A DNA stretch of 64,000 bases, from IMG/VR virus record IMGVR_UViG_3300028416_000501, positions 15,054 through 79,053 of that record, one strand, 5' to 3'. Both the position numbers and the translations under genes were made by a program. The notes under the pieces were generated by a model that worked only from the letters and a program-made list of their open reading frames with translations, was not told where the DNA came from and did no database searches. Source of the stretch: a virus. This document shows positions 57,112 through 64,000 of this stretch, piece by piece (position 1 is the stretch's first letter; every line of letters begins with the position of its first letter).

Positions 57112-57423
57112 TTATGCCTTTTCGTGGGCGGTATTACTTAGCTTACCCACATAAAGATTCTTATTGAACTGTTCTGTATCTTCACTAAGTTCAAACCATA
57201 GTTGATATATTTTTTTAGACTTGTCTAGTGGTCTAATGTGATATAACCCATTAACATCTGTCATCAGATTCGTCCAGTCTATATCATTGTTGTTAGTCAC
57301 GACTATGATTCTATTTCGCATCATATTCTCAACTAATTCTGTTCCTGCAATAAGTTGCAGATCTGTTTCACTTAGGCTTCCGCCATTGCGAACAATTTTA
57401 ATATTGTTTTTTAATTCTGTCAT
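57112..57423 (-). CDS. hypothetical protein
   Basis: Likely start MTELKNN just after VWA stop. Confidence 0.6.
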   Translation of the reverse strand: MTELKNNIKIVRNGGSLSETDLQLIAGTELVENMMRNRIIVVTNNNDIDWTNLMTDVNGLYHIRPLDKSKKIYQLWFELSEDTEQFNKNLYVGKLSNTAHEKA

Positions 57424-57424
57424 A

Positions 57425-58597
57425 TTATGCCGCTTCGTAATGTACTGTAACACCAAATGGTGATTGTATACGTCTTTGTTTATCGCCATGTATTACAAAT
57501 AATGTATCGCAGTAATCTGCGTTACCCCATGAACCCCACGGGTAACCATCTGTAAACATAACTAACTGATCTGGTTCAATGTTATACTGTTCTAAGTAAT
57601 TAAACACTACATCAAAGTCAGTTCCACCACCGCCTTTAAGTTCGTATTCATCCATTGTACGACCATCATCACTAGTAAAGTCATCTGCACCATACACATC
57701 TGTATCAAATTGAAAGACATGTACTTTGTAAGCCTGGTATTGATCCATAATGCCTTGTACTTCACTAAGGAAGTCACGCAACATAACTTGACTAATACTA
57801 CCGCTTGTATCTAATGCAATAGCAATATTTAATTCTTCGTCTTTGTCCATACCTGGAAAAATAACTTCACCACTACGTTTACTAGGACGCATAAAAGTAA
57901 AATCATTTTTAAGTGAACTCTCTAATTGAGTTCTAAGTATATCACGCCAATCCATTTTAGGTGCAACCAACTCACTAATCATACGTTTGATTACATCTGG
58001 TACACCTTCTCCTGCAGCCTGTGCCGCTTGGATAGTGGCTTGTTTAATTTCGTCTGCTAATGCTTTCTTTTCTTCTTCAGACATTTCAACACCTACGCCG
58101 CCTTCGCCTTCTTCGTCACCGGGTTGTATTTCGTCCATATGGACATCCATGCCTTTAGCATCTTGTTGGTTCTTTAACAAGTCATCATATATCTCATAAC
58201 TGTTCCAACCACTGTATTTCCAATCTAAACAGATCTTACCGCCTTCTAGTTTATCTTCTGTAATAGGCTTACCAATGTTCTGTTCAACTAGTGTCATGTT
58301 AATGTTATAGTCAGCTGCCGCATTGTACAGCATAGGCTTACGATCTCCACGAGCTTGCATATGATCAAATACACAATGCAATACTTCGTGTCCAACTAAA
58401 AAGTCTAACATTTCGTCTGGCAATGAATTAACAAAATCTCTGTTAAACATAAACCTACGACCATCTGTTGCCGCAGTAGGAATATATGAGCTCGCATCCT
58501 CAATCTTTAACCTTACTGCTAACTGTCCAAAGAAAGGCTTAGTTAAAAGCAACCTAACTCTGGATTGTGTAATTCTTTCTTCTGCAGTCTTATTCAT
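57425..58597 (-). CDS. metallopeptidase-VWA protein (DUF2201-like)
   Basis: TAATDG, HEVLH, DTSGS MIDAS, GGGTDF, FTDG. Confidence 0.9.
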   Translation of the reverse strand: MNKTAEERITQSRVRLLLTKPFFGQLAVRLKIEDASSYIPTAATDGRRFMFNRDFVNSLPDEMLDFLVGHEVLHCVFDHMQARGDRKPMLYNAAADYNINMTLVEQNIGKPITEDKLEGGKICLDWKYSGWNSYEIYDDLLKNQQDAKGMDVHMDEIQPGDEEGEGGVGVEMSEEEKKALADEIKQATIQAAQAAGEGVPDVIKRMISELVAPKMDWRDILRTQLESSLKNDFTFMRPSKRSGEVIFPGMDKDEELNIAIALDTSGSISQVMLRDFLSEVQGIMDQYQAYKVHVFQFDTDVYGADDFTSDDGRTMDEYELKGGGGTDFDVVFNYLEQYNIEPDQLVMFTDGYPWGSWGNADYCDTLFVIHGDKQRRIQSPFGVTVHYEAA

Positions 58598-58627
58598 GTT
58601 ATTTCCTTATTTCCTAACTATATGTAT

Positions 58628-58656
58628 ATTATATAGTAAATTAAAGTCAATGTCAA
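58628..58656 (-). promoter_or_regulatory. sigma70-type promoter
   Basis: TTGACA-17-TATAAT on - strand. Confidence 0.7.
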
Positions 58657-58988
58657 CCACTAAAAGCCAACTTAAATAGCATTGCATCTTCGGGATTTTC
58701 AAAATGTATAGTATGTGAATCGTCTGGATTAGCCCATTTCACTGCTTGAAATGTTTGATTAAACAAGTGTACTCTGCACCATTGTACTGCTTCTGTGTAT
58801 TTACTTCGTATAACAACTGGTGTACTTGTCGTTGCCCATCTACGTTTATATTCCGAAATCATTGCTGGTGTCCAATCTTTACACTCTAATCCATACAATC
58901 TAATGTTTGTTCTTTGATGTGGATTATAAAGGGAGAGATCAACACTCTCCCCTTCTTTTAATTTTGGTGTAATTGAACTAGTCTTCAT
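58653..58988 (-). CDS. hypothetical protein
   Basis: C-terminal FENPEDAMLFKL. Confidence 0.6.
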   Translation of the reverse strand: MKTSSITPKLKEGESVDLSLYNPHQRTNIRLYGLECKDWTPAMISEYKRRWATTSTPVVIRSKYTEAVQWCRVHLFNQTFQAVKWANPDDSHTIHFENPEDAMLFKLAFSG

Positions 58989-58989
58989 A

Positions 58990-60162
58990 TTAAGCGTCTA
59001 GTACCAAACGTCCATAACGACCGAAGTATTCTTCAAAACGTTCAATTTTCTTCTGCTTAGGAACTAACTTGTATTGTTGCATTGCAATACGTGATGCCAT
59101 AATAACCATTTCAGTTTCCATGTTATCCATCATAAAGTTAATGAAGTTTGAAAAGCTCTTGTGGTACTTTTCCATCTGCTTGCTATCAGCACCTGCTTTT
59201 TCACCAGTAATAAATCTATCACGTAGTTCATAACATAGTGATGTAGCCAATGCATACATTGCCGATACTTCAGTAGTATCAATCTTTTTAACTTTAGCAT
59301 CTAACACATCTTCTGGAACAGGAAGGTCTCCTGCAATCTTTCTATGTGCCATAAACTTAACAGCAATACCTTCTCCTACACAACCTGCAACCATATCAGT
59401 CTGCAAGCTATCTGACAAGTCATCTTCACCTTCAAGTAGTTCTGAAGTAAATGTCCAAGCCCTTGGCGTAGCAAATCCACGTGAACTTGACTGAGGATCA
59501 AAGTTGTATAAATCACCTTTAGCAAATGAAAGGTAACCAACTACGTCTGGGTTAACTTCATGCATTACAGCCCAGTTTAACCAATCTTGGAAATCAACAC
59601 GTAATTCAAAGTGTACAAAACGATTCTCAAGTGGCTTAGGCATTCTGTATGTAACACCTTTGTCTGTCTCACGATTACCTGCAGCAATCATTACAACATT
59701 GTCTGGCAGTACATATTGTCCAATACGTCTGTTTAGAATCAACTGATAACCTGCAGCTTGTACACTAGGTGCCGCTGAGTTCATCTCATCTAAGAATACA
59801 ATAACTGTATCGTATTGTGCCGCTACTTCTTTGCTAGGCAAGTCTGCTGGTGGCAACCATTGCATAACACCTGTTTCCATATTTGGTACAGGGTAACCAC
59901 GCAAGTCAGTTGGCTCAAACAATGCAAGACGCATATCAATTACAAGTGTATTACCTAATGCACCCGAATCGCCAATGCCTTGCACTAGCTCTGATTTACC
60001 AATTCCTGGAGGACCCCATAAAAACACAGGACGCTTCTTTTTAAAAGCTCGTGTAATTAGAGTAGTTGCCTCACTAATTTTTACTGTTCTTGATTCGCTT
60101 ATCGCAGTTTTCATATCTTCACTTCCTTCTTGTAGTGGTAAAATTTGTTTCTTCTTTGGCAT
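58990..60162 (-). CDS. MoxR-like AAA+ ATPase
   Basis: GPPGIGKS Walker A, FLDEMN Walker B, AAGNR, PLENRF. Confidence 0.92.
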   Translation of the reverse strand: MPKKKQILPLQEGSEDMKTAISESRTVKISEATTLITRAFKKKRPVFLWGPPGIGKSELVQGIGDSGALGNTLVIDMRLALFEPTDLRGYPVPNMETGVMQWLPPADLPSKEVAAQYDTVIVFLDEMNSAAPSVQAAGYQLILNRRIGQYVLPDNVVMIAAGNRETDKGVTYRMPKPLENRFVHFELRVDFQDWLNWAVMHEVNPDVVGYLSFAKGDLYNFDPQSSSRGFATPRAWTFTSELLEGEDDLSDSLQTDMVAGCVGEGIAVKFMAHRKIAGDLPVPEDVLDAKVKKIDTTEVSAMYALATSLCYELRDRFITGEKAGADSKQMEKYHKSFSNFINFMMDNMETEMVIMASRIAMQQYKLVPKQKKIERFEEYFGRYGRLVLDA

Positions 60163-60175
60163 AACTTATATAACT

Positions 60176-60204
60176 ATTATAATACAACTTTCTATATTAG
60201 TCAA
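60176..60204 (-). promoter_or_regulatory. sigma70-type promoter
   Basis: TTGACT-17-TATAAT on - strand. Confidence 0.6.
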
Positions 60205-60205
60205 G

Positions 60206-60379
60206 TTAATTATTAATTTTAGCAAGAGTACCATCTAGTGCTACCCATACCCATAGTGCAATTCCTGTAACGAAAAACAGGAAACAACCTAGCCAGTTGT
60301 TGTTTTCATATCCTGTAGGACCATCAATACAACCAACTGCTAGTATAAAACATAAAAGTGTTAATCCGATTCTAATCAT
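60206..60379 (-). CDS. small membrane protein
   Basis: MIRIGLTLLCFILAVGC..., two hydrophobic segments. Confidence 0.55.
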   Translation of the reverse strand: MIRIGLTLLCFILAVGCIDGPTGYENNNWLGCFLFFVTGIALWVWVALDGTLAKINN

Positions 60380-60380
60380 C

Positions 60381-60620
60381 TTAAGCCGCCTTTCCAAAAA
60401 GTTTATTCATATTTGCAAACACTACATTATAGGCATTTGCTTCATATGACCAATTCTCAAAAAATGTATCATCTTCATCTTCTGATGCACAATGCTCTTC
60501 CCATTTACGGTTCATAAATTCCATACCTGCTAATGCATCATCATTACCGCAAAAAGCGATTGTTTTCCATGCATCTTCAAAAGTCGGTGTTGCTTCGTAA
60601 AAACTAGGGATTCTAAACAT
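60381..60620 (-). CDS. acidic hypothetical early protein
   Basis: AAAGGAAG RBS, directly after promoter cassette. Confidence 0.7.
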   Translation of the reverse strand: MFRIPSFYEATPTFEDAWKTIAFCGNDDALAGMEFMNRKWEEHCASEDEDDTFFENWSYEANAYNVVFANMNKLFGKAA

Positions 60621-60652
60621 ATTGGCTTCCTTTTTTTATTAACTATACTTAC

Positions 60653-60731
60653 AGTATACAGTAAGACGTCTTACTTGTCAACCTTTTAAGTATAAAAAAG
60701 TCATAAAAAAACCCTTATGTTACAAGGGTTT
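60653..60731 (-). promoter_or_regulatory. terminator + sigma70 promoter cassette with spacer palindrome
   Basis: AAACCCTT/AAGGGTTT hairpin + T run; TTGACA-17-TATACT; perfect 16-bp AGTAAGACGTCTTACT 60660-60675. Confidence 0.85.
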
Positions 60732-60741
60732 CAAAGTTTTT

Positions 60742-61095
60742 TTAATCTTTTTTTGTTAATGAAAACTCATATCCGAGCGTTATACCCCATTTTTCATCGG
60801 GATTTGTCTCATATGCTGGTGTAATAAACCAATTATCTTTGACTATTCTAAACATAGGAGATACATTATACTTGTTATCCGTATTATATCCTGTAACCCA
60901 ACCTAACTCAAGCTCTATATTATGTGGCATTTGAAATTGATATCCAACATAACCACTTATATTTTCTTCACTATTATAATAAATTCCGGCTACTGTATTA
61001 TTAACATCACATCTTGCATGTGGGTGTATTGGGTTATAATCACCTTCTAATCCTAAATGTAGGCTTACTGCTAGTGCTATTGATAAGCAATTCAT
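60742..61095 (-). CDS. small beta-barrel-like exported protein (PagP-like pattern)
   Basis: SLHL..DYNPIHP..GIYYNS..SGYVGY..GWVTGY..LGYEF. Confidence 0.45.
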   Translation of the reverse strand: MNCLSIALAVSLHLGLEGDYNPIHPHARCDVNNTVAGIYYNSEENISGYVGYQFQMPHNIELELGWVTGYNTDNKYNVSPMFRIVKDNWFITPAYETNPDEKWGITLGYEFSLTKKD

Positions 61096-61096
61096 T

Positions 61097-62266
61097 TTAT
61101 TTTCCTTTTATGCAATTTCCATTAAATCCAATTAAACTATCAATACCGCCATCTGCTATATGATAATTTCTTTTACTTATGTATATTGGATCGTATTCTA
61201 ATTCTACACCAGTTACTACACTCATCAACGCATCTATTGATATTGCGATTGGGTGTGTATATGCTGGCCCAAACAAATTAAGAGGATCATCTTTAGGTAA
61301 TTGCCCAGGTGCATCTCCGTATGGATATTCTCTACTATAAAATTCTTTTTCATTTGTAATTGCTAGGTTAACTAGTTTTGCTGATTTTACTATTTTTTGT
61401 TTAAGGTCTGTAGGTACAGTTGCACCCCATAACTCAGCAATGTAAACATAACCAAGAATAATGTTTGTTCCATATGAATGATACCATTGCCCTTTAACTC
61501 CTCTAAATGAGTTATTGTCAATATATCCATCTTCAAAGATATGTTTATCAAATTCAGCAAATCTATGATTAAATTCTTTAACTGCTATTTCTTTATTGTT
61601 TGACCAAGATGCATATAGCAAGTGTGCAATACCACCATTTGCAAAAGCATAGATACCAGTCTCATCTGAATAGTTGTCTTGTTGAATAAACTTTTCGTAT
61701 ATATTATCTATATAAGTATCTACTACTTTAAATTGTTTGGTTGTTAATTTATCTTTTAACCATATTGCAGTAATCATATAATTTGCAAGTGTTTGTCTTG
61801 CAAACTCATATTCATGATACCAACATGCTTTATGAGTACCCCAATCATCAGTACAGTTTGGTTTTTCAGATACTTCTTTTCTACCACTAGAATTAAGCAA
61901 TGTTTCTGTTCTTGCAAGTTCTACTAGAAAATCAATAGCAATATCTATTTCTGTTTTGTTATTAGTTGTGATTGCGTTATGAGTAGCTACTATAAAGTTA
62001 CCCATAGGTTTTGTTATAATTCCATGGCTTATATCCATAGATGAACTATTTGTATGATGATGTGTATGCCAATCAAAACCAATTAATCCATCAATTGCAT
62101 TAACAACTCTTTCATTACTAAATGTAGTAAGATCGTTAATTGCTGAACATGATTTTATTTCTGTTGTGTAATAGTTACCAGGAAAAGTAATATCGTGTGA
62201 TTGTATGTTATTAGCGTGTACACTTGTGGTAGCAACAAACGTTGCTAAAAGCATTAGATATTTCAT
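61097..62266 (-). CDS. exported protein, alginate-lyase-like
   Basis: Signal peptide; DGYI..SFRG..GQWYHSYG pattern. Confidence 0.45.
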   Translation of the reverse strand: MKYLMLLATFVATTSVHANNIQSHDITFPGNYYTTEIKSCSAINDLTTFSNERVVNAIDGLIGFDWHTHHHTNSSSMDISHGIITKPMGNFIVATHNAITTNNKTEIDIAIDFLVELARTETLLNSSGRKEVSEKPNCTDDWGTHKACWYHEYEFARQTLANYMITAIWLKDKLTTKQFKVVDTYIDNIYEKFIQQDNYSDETGIYAFANGGIAHLLYASWSNNKEIAVKEFNHRFAEFDKHIFEDGYIDNNSFRGVKGQWYHSYGTNIILGYVYIAELWGATVPTDLKQKIVKSAKLVNLAITNEKEFYSREYPYGDAPGQLPKDDPLNLFGPAYTHPIAISIDALMSVVTGVELEYDPIYISKRNYHIADGGIDSLIGFNGNCIKGK

Positions 62267-62296
62267 AATTAACCTTTTATTTTATAGTTAGTTAAT

Positions 62297-62325
62297 ATTA
62301 TAAGATATCTTGATAATTATGTCAA
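62297..62325 (-). promoter_or_regulatory. sigma70 promoter with YAAGA-N2-TCTTR palindrome
   Basis: TTGACA-17-TATAAT on - strand; TAAGA-TA-TCTTG 62301-62312. Confidence 0.7.
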
Positions 62326-62326
62326 C

Positions 62327-63589
62327 CTATTTGCCGCCTCGAGCTTTTTCTCTACTAGTAATAGCTTCTATAAGTGCTTTATGATCAGTTTCACGCATTG
62401 CTACATCTATTGTTATTAGCTCTTCGCCACGTTTGACTGTTACTTTCCATATATCACCTGGAAATGCAGTTAGTGTATCACGCAATACTTTAAAACTATT
62501 AATTACTTTTACGCCGTTGATTTCTATTAAAATATCACCTTGTTCAAAACCAGCTAGTTGTCCTACTGTAGGCACTGCATCTGGCTTAGCGTCTGAATAA
62601 TCAAAATAAGCATAATGTCTATCTTCATCTGGTATATCTTTTATTTCCTCAAACAAGAAAGATCCAAGTTTAAACGGAAAATCAACATAAGGTACATAGC
62701 CTTTAGCATTGTACTGTGGGCTTCTAATGTAATCAACACTTCTGCGTACTTGTTCTACGCTCACTGCCATGCCAACTCCATCCCAACCAGGAACGCTTCT
62801 ACCTGGGCTGTAAATACTTTGAGCAACACCGATAACTTGTCCACGGTCATTAAATATAGGACCACCACTGTTACCTTGGTTAATAACTGCATCAACTTGT
62901 AGCATTAGATTGTATGGACGCATACCAAATCTATCTTTATAAACAACATGTCCTTGTGTACTTGTCCAAGACATGCTCATTCCGTGGCCAATAACAACAA
63001 CAGGTGTTCCTGTGCTATAATCGTCTTTGGTACCCCATTCAATGGCTTCCCATTCTTCATCTTCTTTTTTGTTTATTTTGATTACTGCTATATCTGTGAT
63101 TTGATCATATCCTATAAGTGTTGCTTCGTATGACCACATTTGCATTGCAGTTTGTACATTCACTTTGAATGTACCTGGACGGTCTATGTATGCATCAACA
63201 ACATGATGATTTGTAACAATTGTTGCTGAAGTTTCGTCTACATCAATTATAAACCCTGTGCCTCTTCCTGACATGCCATTAAGTTCTGGGTTGTTTGGAG
63301 CAAATACACTTAGTACAACTACTTTACCAAAACTATCGTATATAACATCCTTTGCTCTACGCTCTTGATCAAATGCATCGCCGTTAAATAAGAATGCATT
63401 TACATCGTAGACTGCTTGTCCAATAGTTTCGTTTTTATCGTATATGTATCCTATGCCATTGTGTATCTTTTCTTGTATATCTCTGTAGTATGCATTTGTC
63501 ATTGTGCTTATAACAATTGCTAATAATATTATTGAGGTTGTTCTTACCAAGGGTTTCTTAAAGAACGTGTTATTTTTGAATTTTAACAT
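62327..63589 (-). CDS. HtrA/DegP-like serine protease with PDZ domain
   Basis: GTGFI, TNHHVV (His), DIAVIK (Asp), INQGNSGGP (Ser), GDILIEING PDZ; N-terminal TM. Confidence 0.92.
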   Translation of the reverse strand: MLKFKNNTFFKKPLVRTTSIILLAIVISTMTNAYYRDIQEKIHNGIGYIYDKNETIGQAVYDVNAFLFNGDAFDQERRAKDVIYDSFGKVVVLSVFAPNNPELNGMSGRGTGFIIDVDETSATIVTNHHVVDAYIDRPGTFKVNVQTAMQMWSYEATLIGYDQITDIAVIKINKKEDEEWEAIEWGTKDDYSTGTPVVVIGHGMSMSWTSTQGHVVYKDRFGMRPYNLMLQVDAVINQGNSGGPIFNDRGQVIGVAQSIYSPGRSVPGWDGVGMAVSVEQVRRSVDYIRSPQYNAKGYVPYVDFPFKLGSFLFEEIKDIPDEDRHYAYFDYSDAKPDAVPTVGQLAGFEQGDILIEINGVKVINSFKVLRDTLTAFPGDIWKVTVKRGEELITIDVAMRETDHKALIEAITSREKARGGK

Positions 63590-63665
63590 ATAGTTTCCTT
63601 TTATAGTAGCATCCTTAATAAGGAAACTTACATGTATTTATGTTTATAATAGTACCTTAAAAACG

Positions 63666-64000
63666 TTAGTTAAATGCTACGTTTTTAGTCAACTCGGCAT
63701 AATGTCTGTTGCCGTTCTCAGTATCTAATGCATCTTCTGGGTGATCCCAGCTTAACTCTTCAACTGTGAGTTTGAGTCTTTCTGCAATATCTTTAATGTA
63801 TTCCTCTGACCATTCAAAAAAATCAATCCATTGTGCATGTTCGTTAACGTGTGTAATACCTGGATTAGCTCTTAAGAATATTTTACCTCCTGGCTTAACT
63901 ATACTCGCTGCCATTGCCATTTGAGATTCTATAGTTGCTTTATCGCCAAAGTTTATACTACCTAGTATTAGTAATACATCCCATTCTGCATCGGGACGTT
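63666..64000 (-). CDS. class I SAM-dependent methyltransferase (5'-truncated)
   Basis: Frame open to window edge: WDVLLILGSINFG...VKPGGKIFLR. Confidence 0.6.
   Translation of the reverse strand, partial: RPDAEWDVLLILGSINFGDKATIESQMAMAASIVKPGGKIFLRANPGITHVNEHAQWIDFFEWSEEYIKDIAERLKLTVEELSWDHPEDALDTENGNRHYAELTKNVAFN

Noticed and set aside
462-63133. Numerous antisense or alternate-frame ORFs in the track (e.g. 462-1025, 13842-14339, 30631-31146, 52423-52698)
   Set aside because: Overlap well-supported genes and lack motifs or RBS; treated as shadow ORFs
1-64000. Stop-codon reassignment or selenocysteine
   Set aside because: Conserved genes are full length in the standard code and all three stops are used at gene ends

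Overview
AT-rich, gene-dense 64 kb segment of a large dsDNA (T4-like/jumbo) bacteriophage. The host is probably a marine Alphaproteobacterium, judged from the prs, pepA, fdxA and iscA-like sequences. The left ~28.5 kb is mostly + strand. It holds replication genes (family B DNA polymerase, clamp loader, DsbA-like protein, DnaE fragment, DNA methyltransferase), Fe-S carrier and electron-transfer genes (SufT/DUF59, NfuA/NifU-C, IscA/ErpA, 7Fe ferredoxin, next to a leucyl aminopeptidase), nucleotide salvage (APRT, PRPP synthetase, MazG-like), GroES, ClpP, a SleB hydrolase and a MotA/MotB-like membrane triad. The right ~35.5 kb is mostly - strand and is dominated by a ~27 kb array (28680-55684). 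The array has 15 radical SAM genes (11 with an N-terminal twitch domain), 2 stand-alone twitch/SPASM proteins, and interspersed tailoring enzymes: SDR, PLP enzyme, amidinotransferase, two Fe(II) hydroxylases, SGNH protein, two paralogous unknowns and an MTA/SAH nucleosidase. MoxR/VWA, HtrA and exported proteins follow it. A 16th radical SAM gene sits beside the polymerase. The best candidate for an undescribed system is a phage-encoded radical-SAM 'factory' with its own Fe-S delivery, electron donor and 5'-deoxyadenosine recycling, apparently under late-type (ATAAATA) promoters. A second notable element is a family of repeated terminator plus sigma70 promoter cassettes carrying a YAAGA-N2-TCTTR palindrome. 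No tRNA, rRNA, CRISPR array, intein or recognisable virion structural gene was seen. All family calls come from motif recognition by eye, not database searches.
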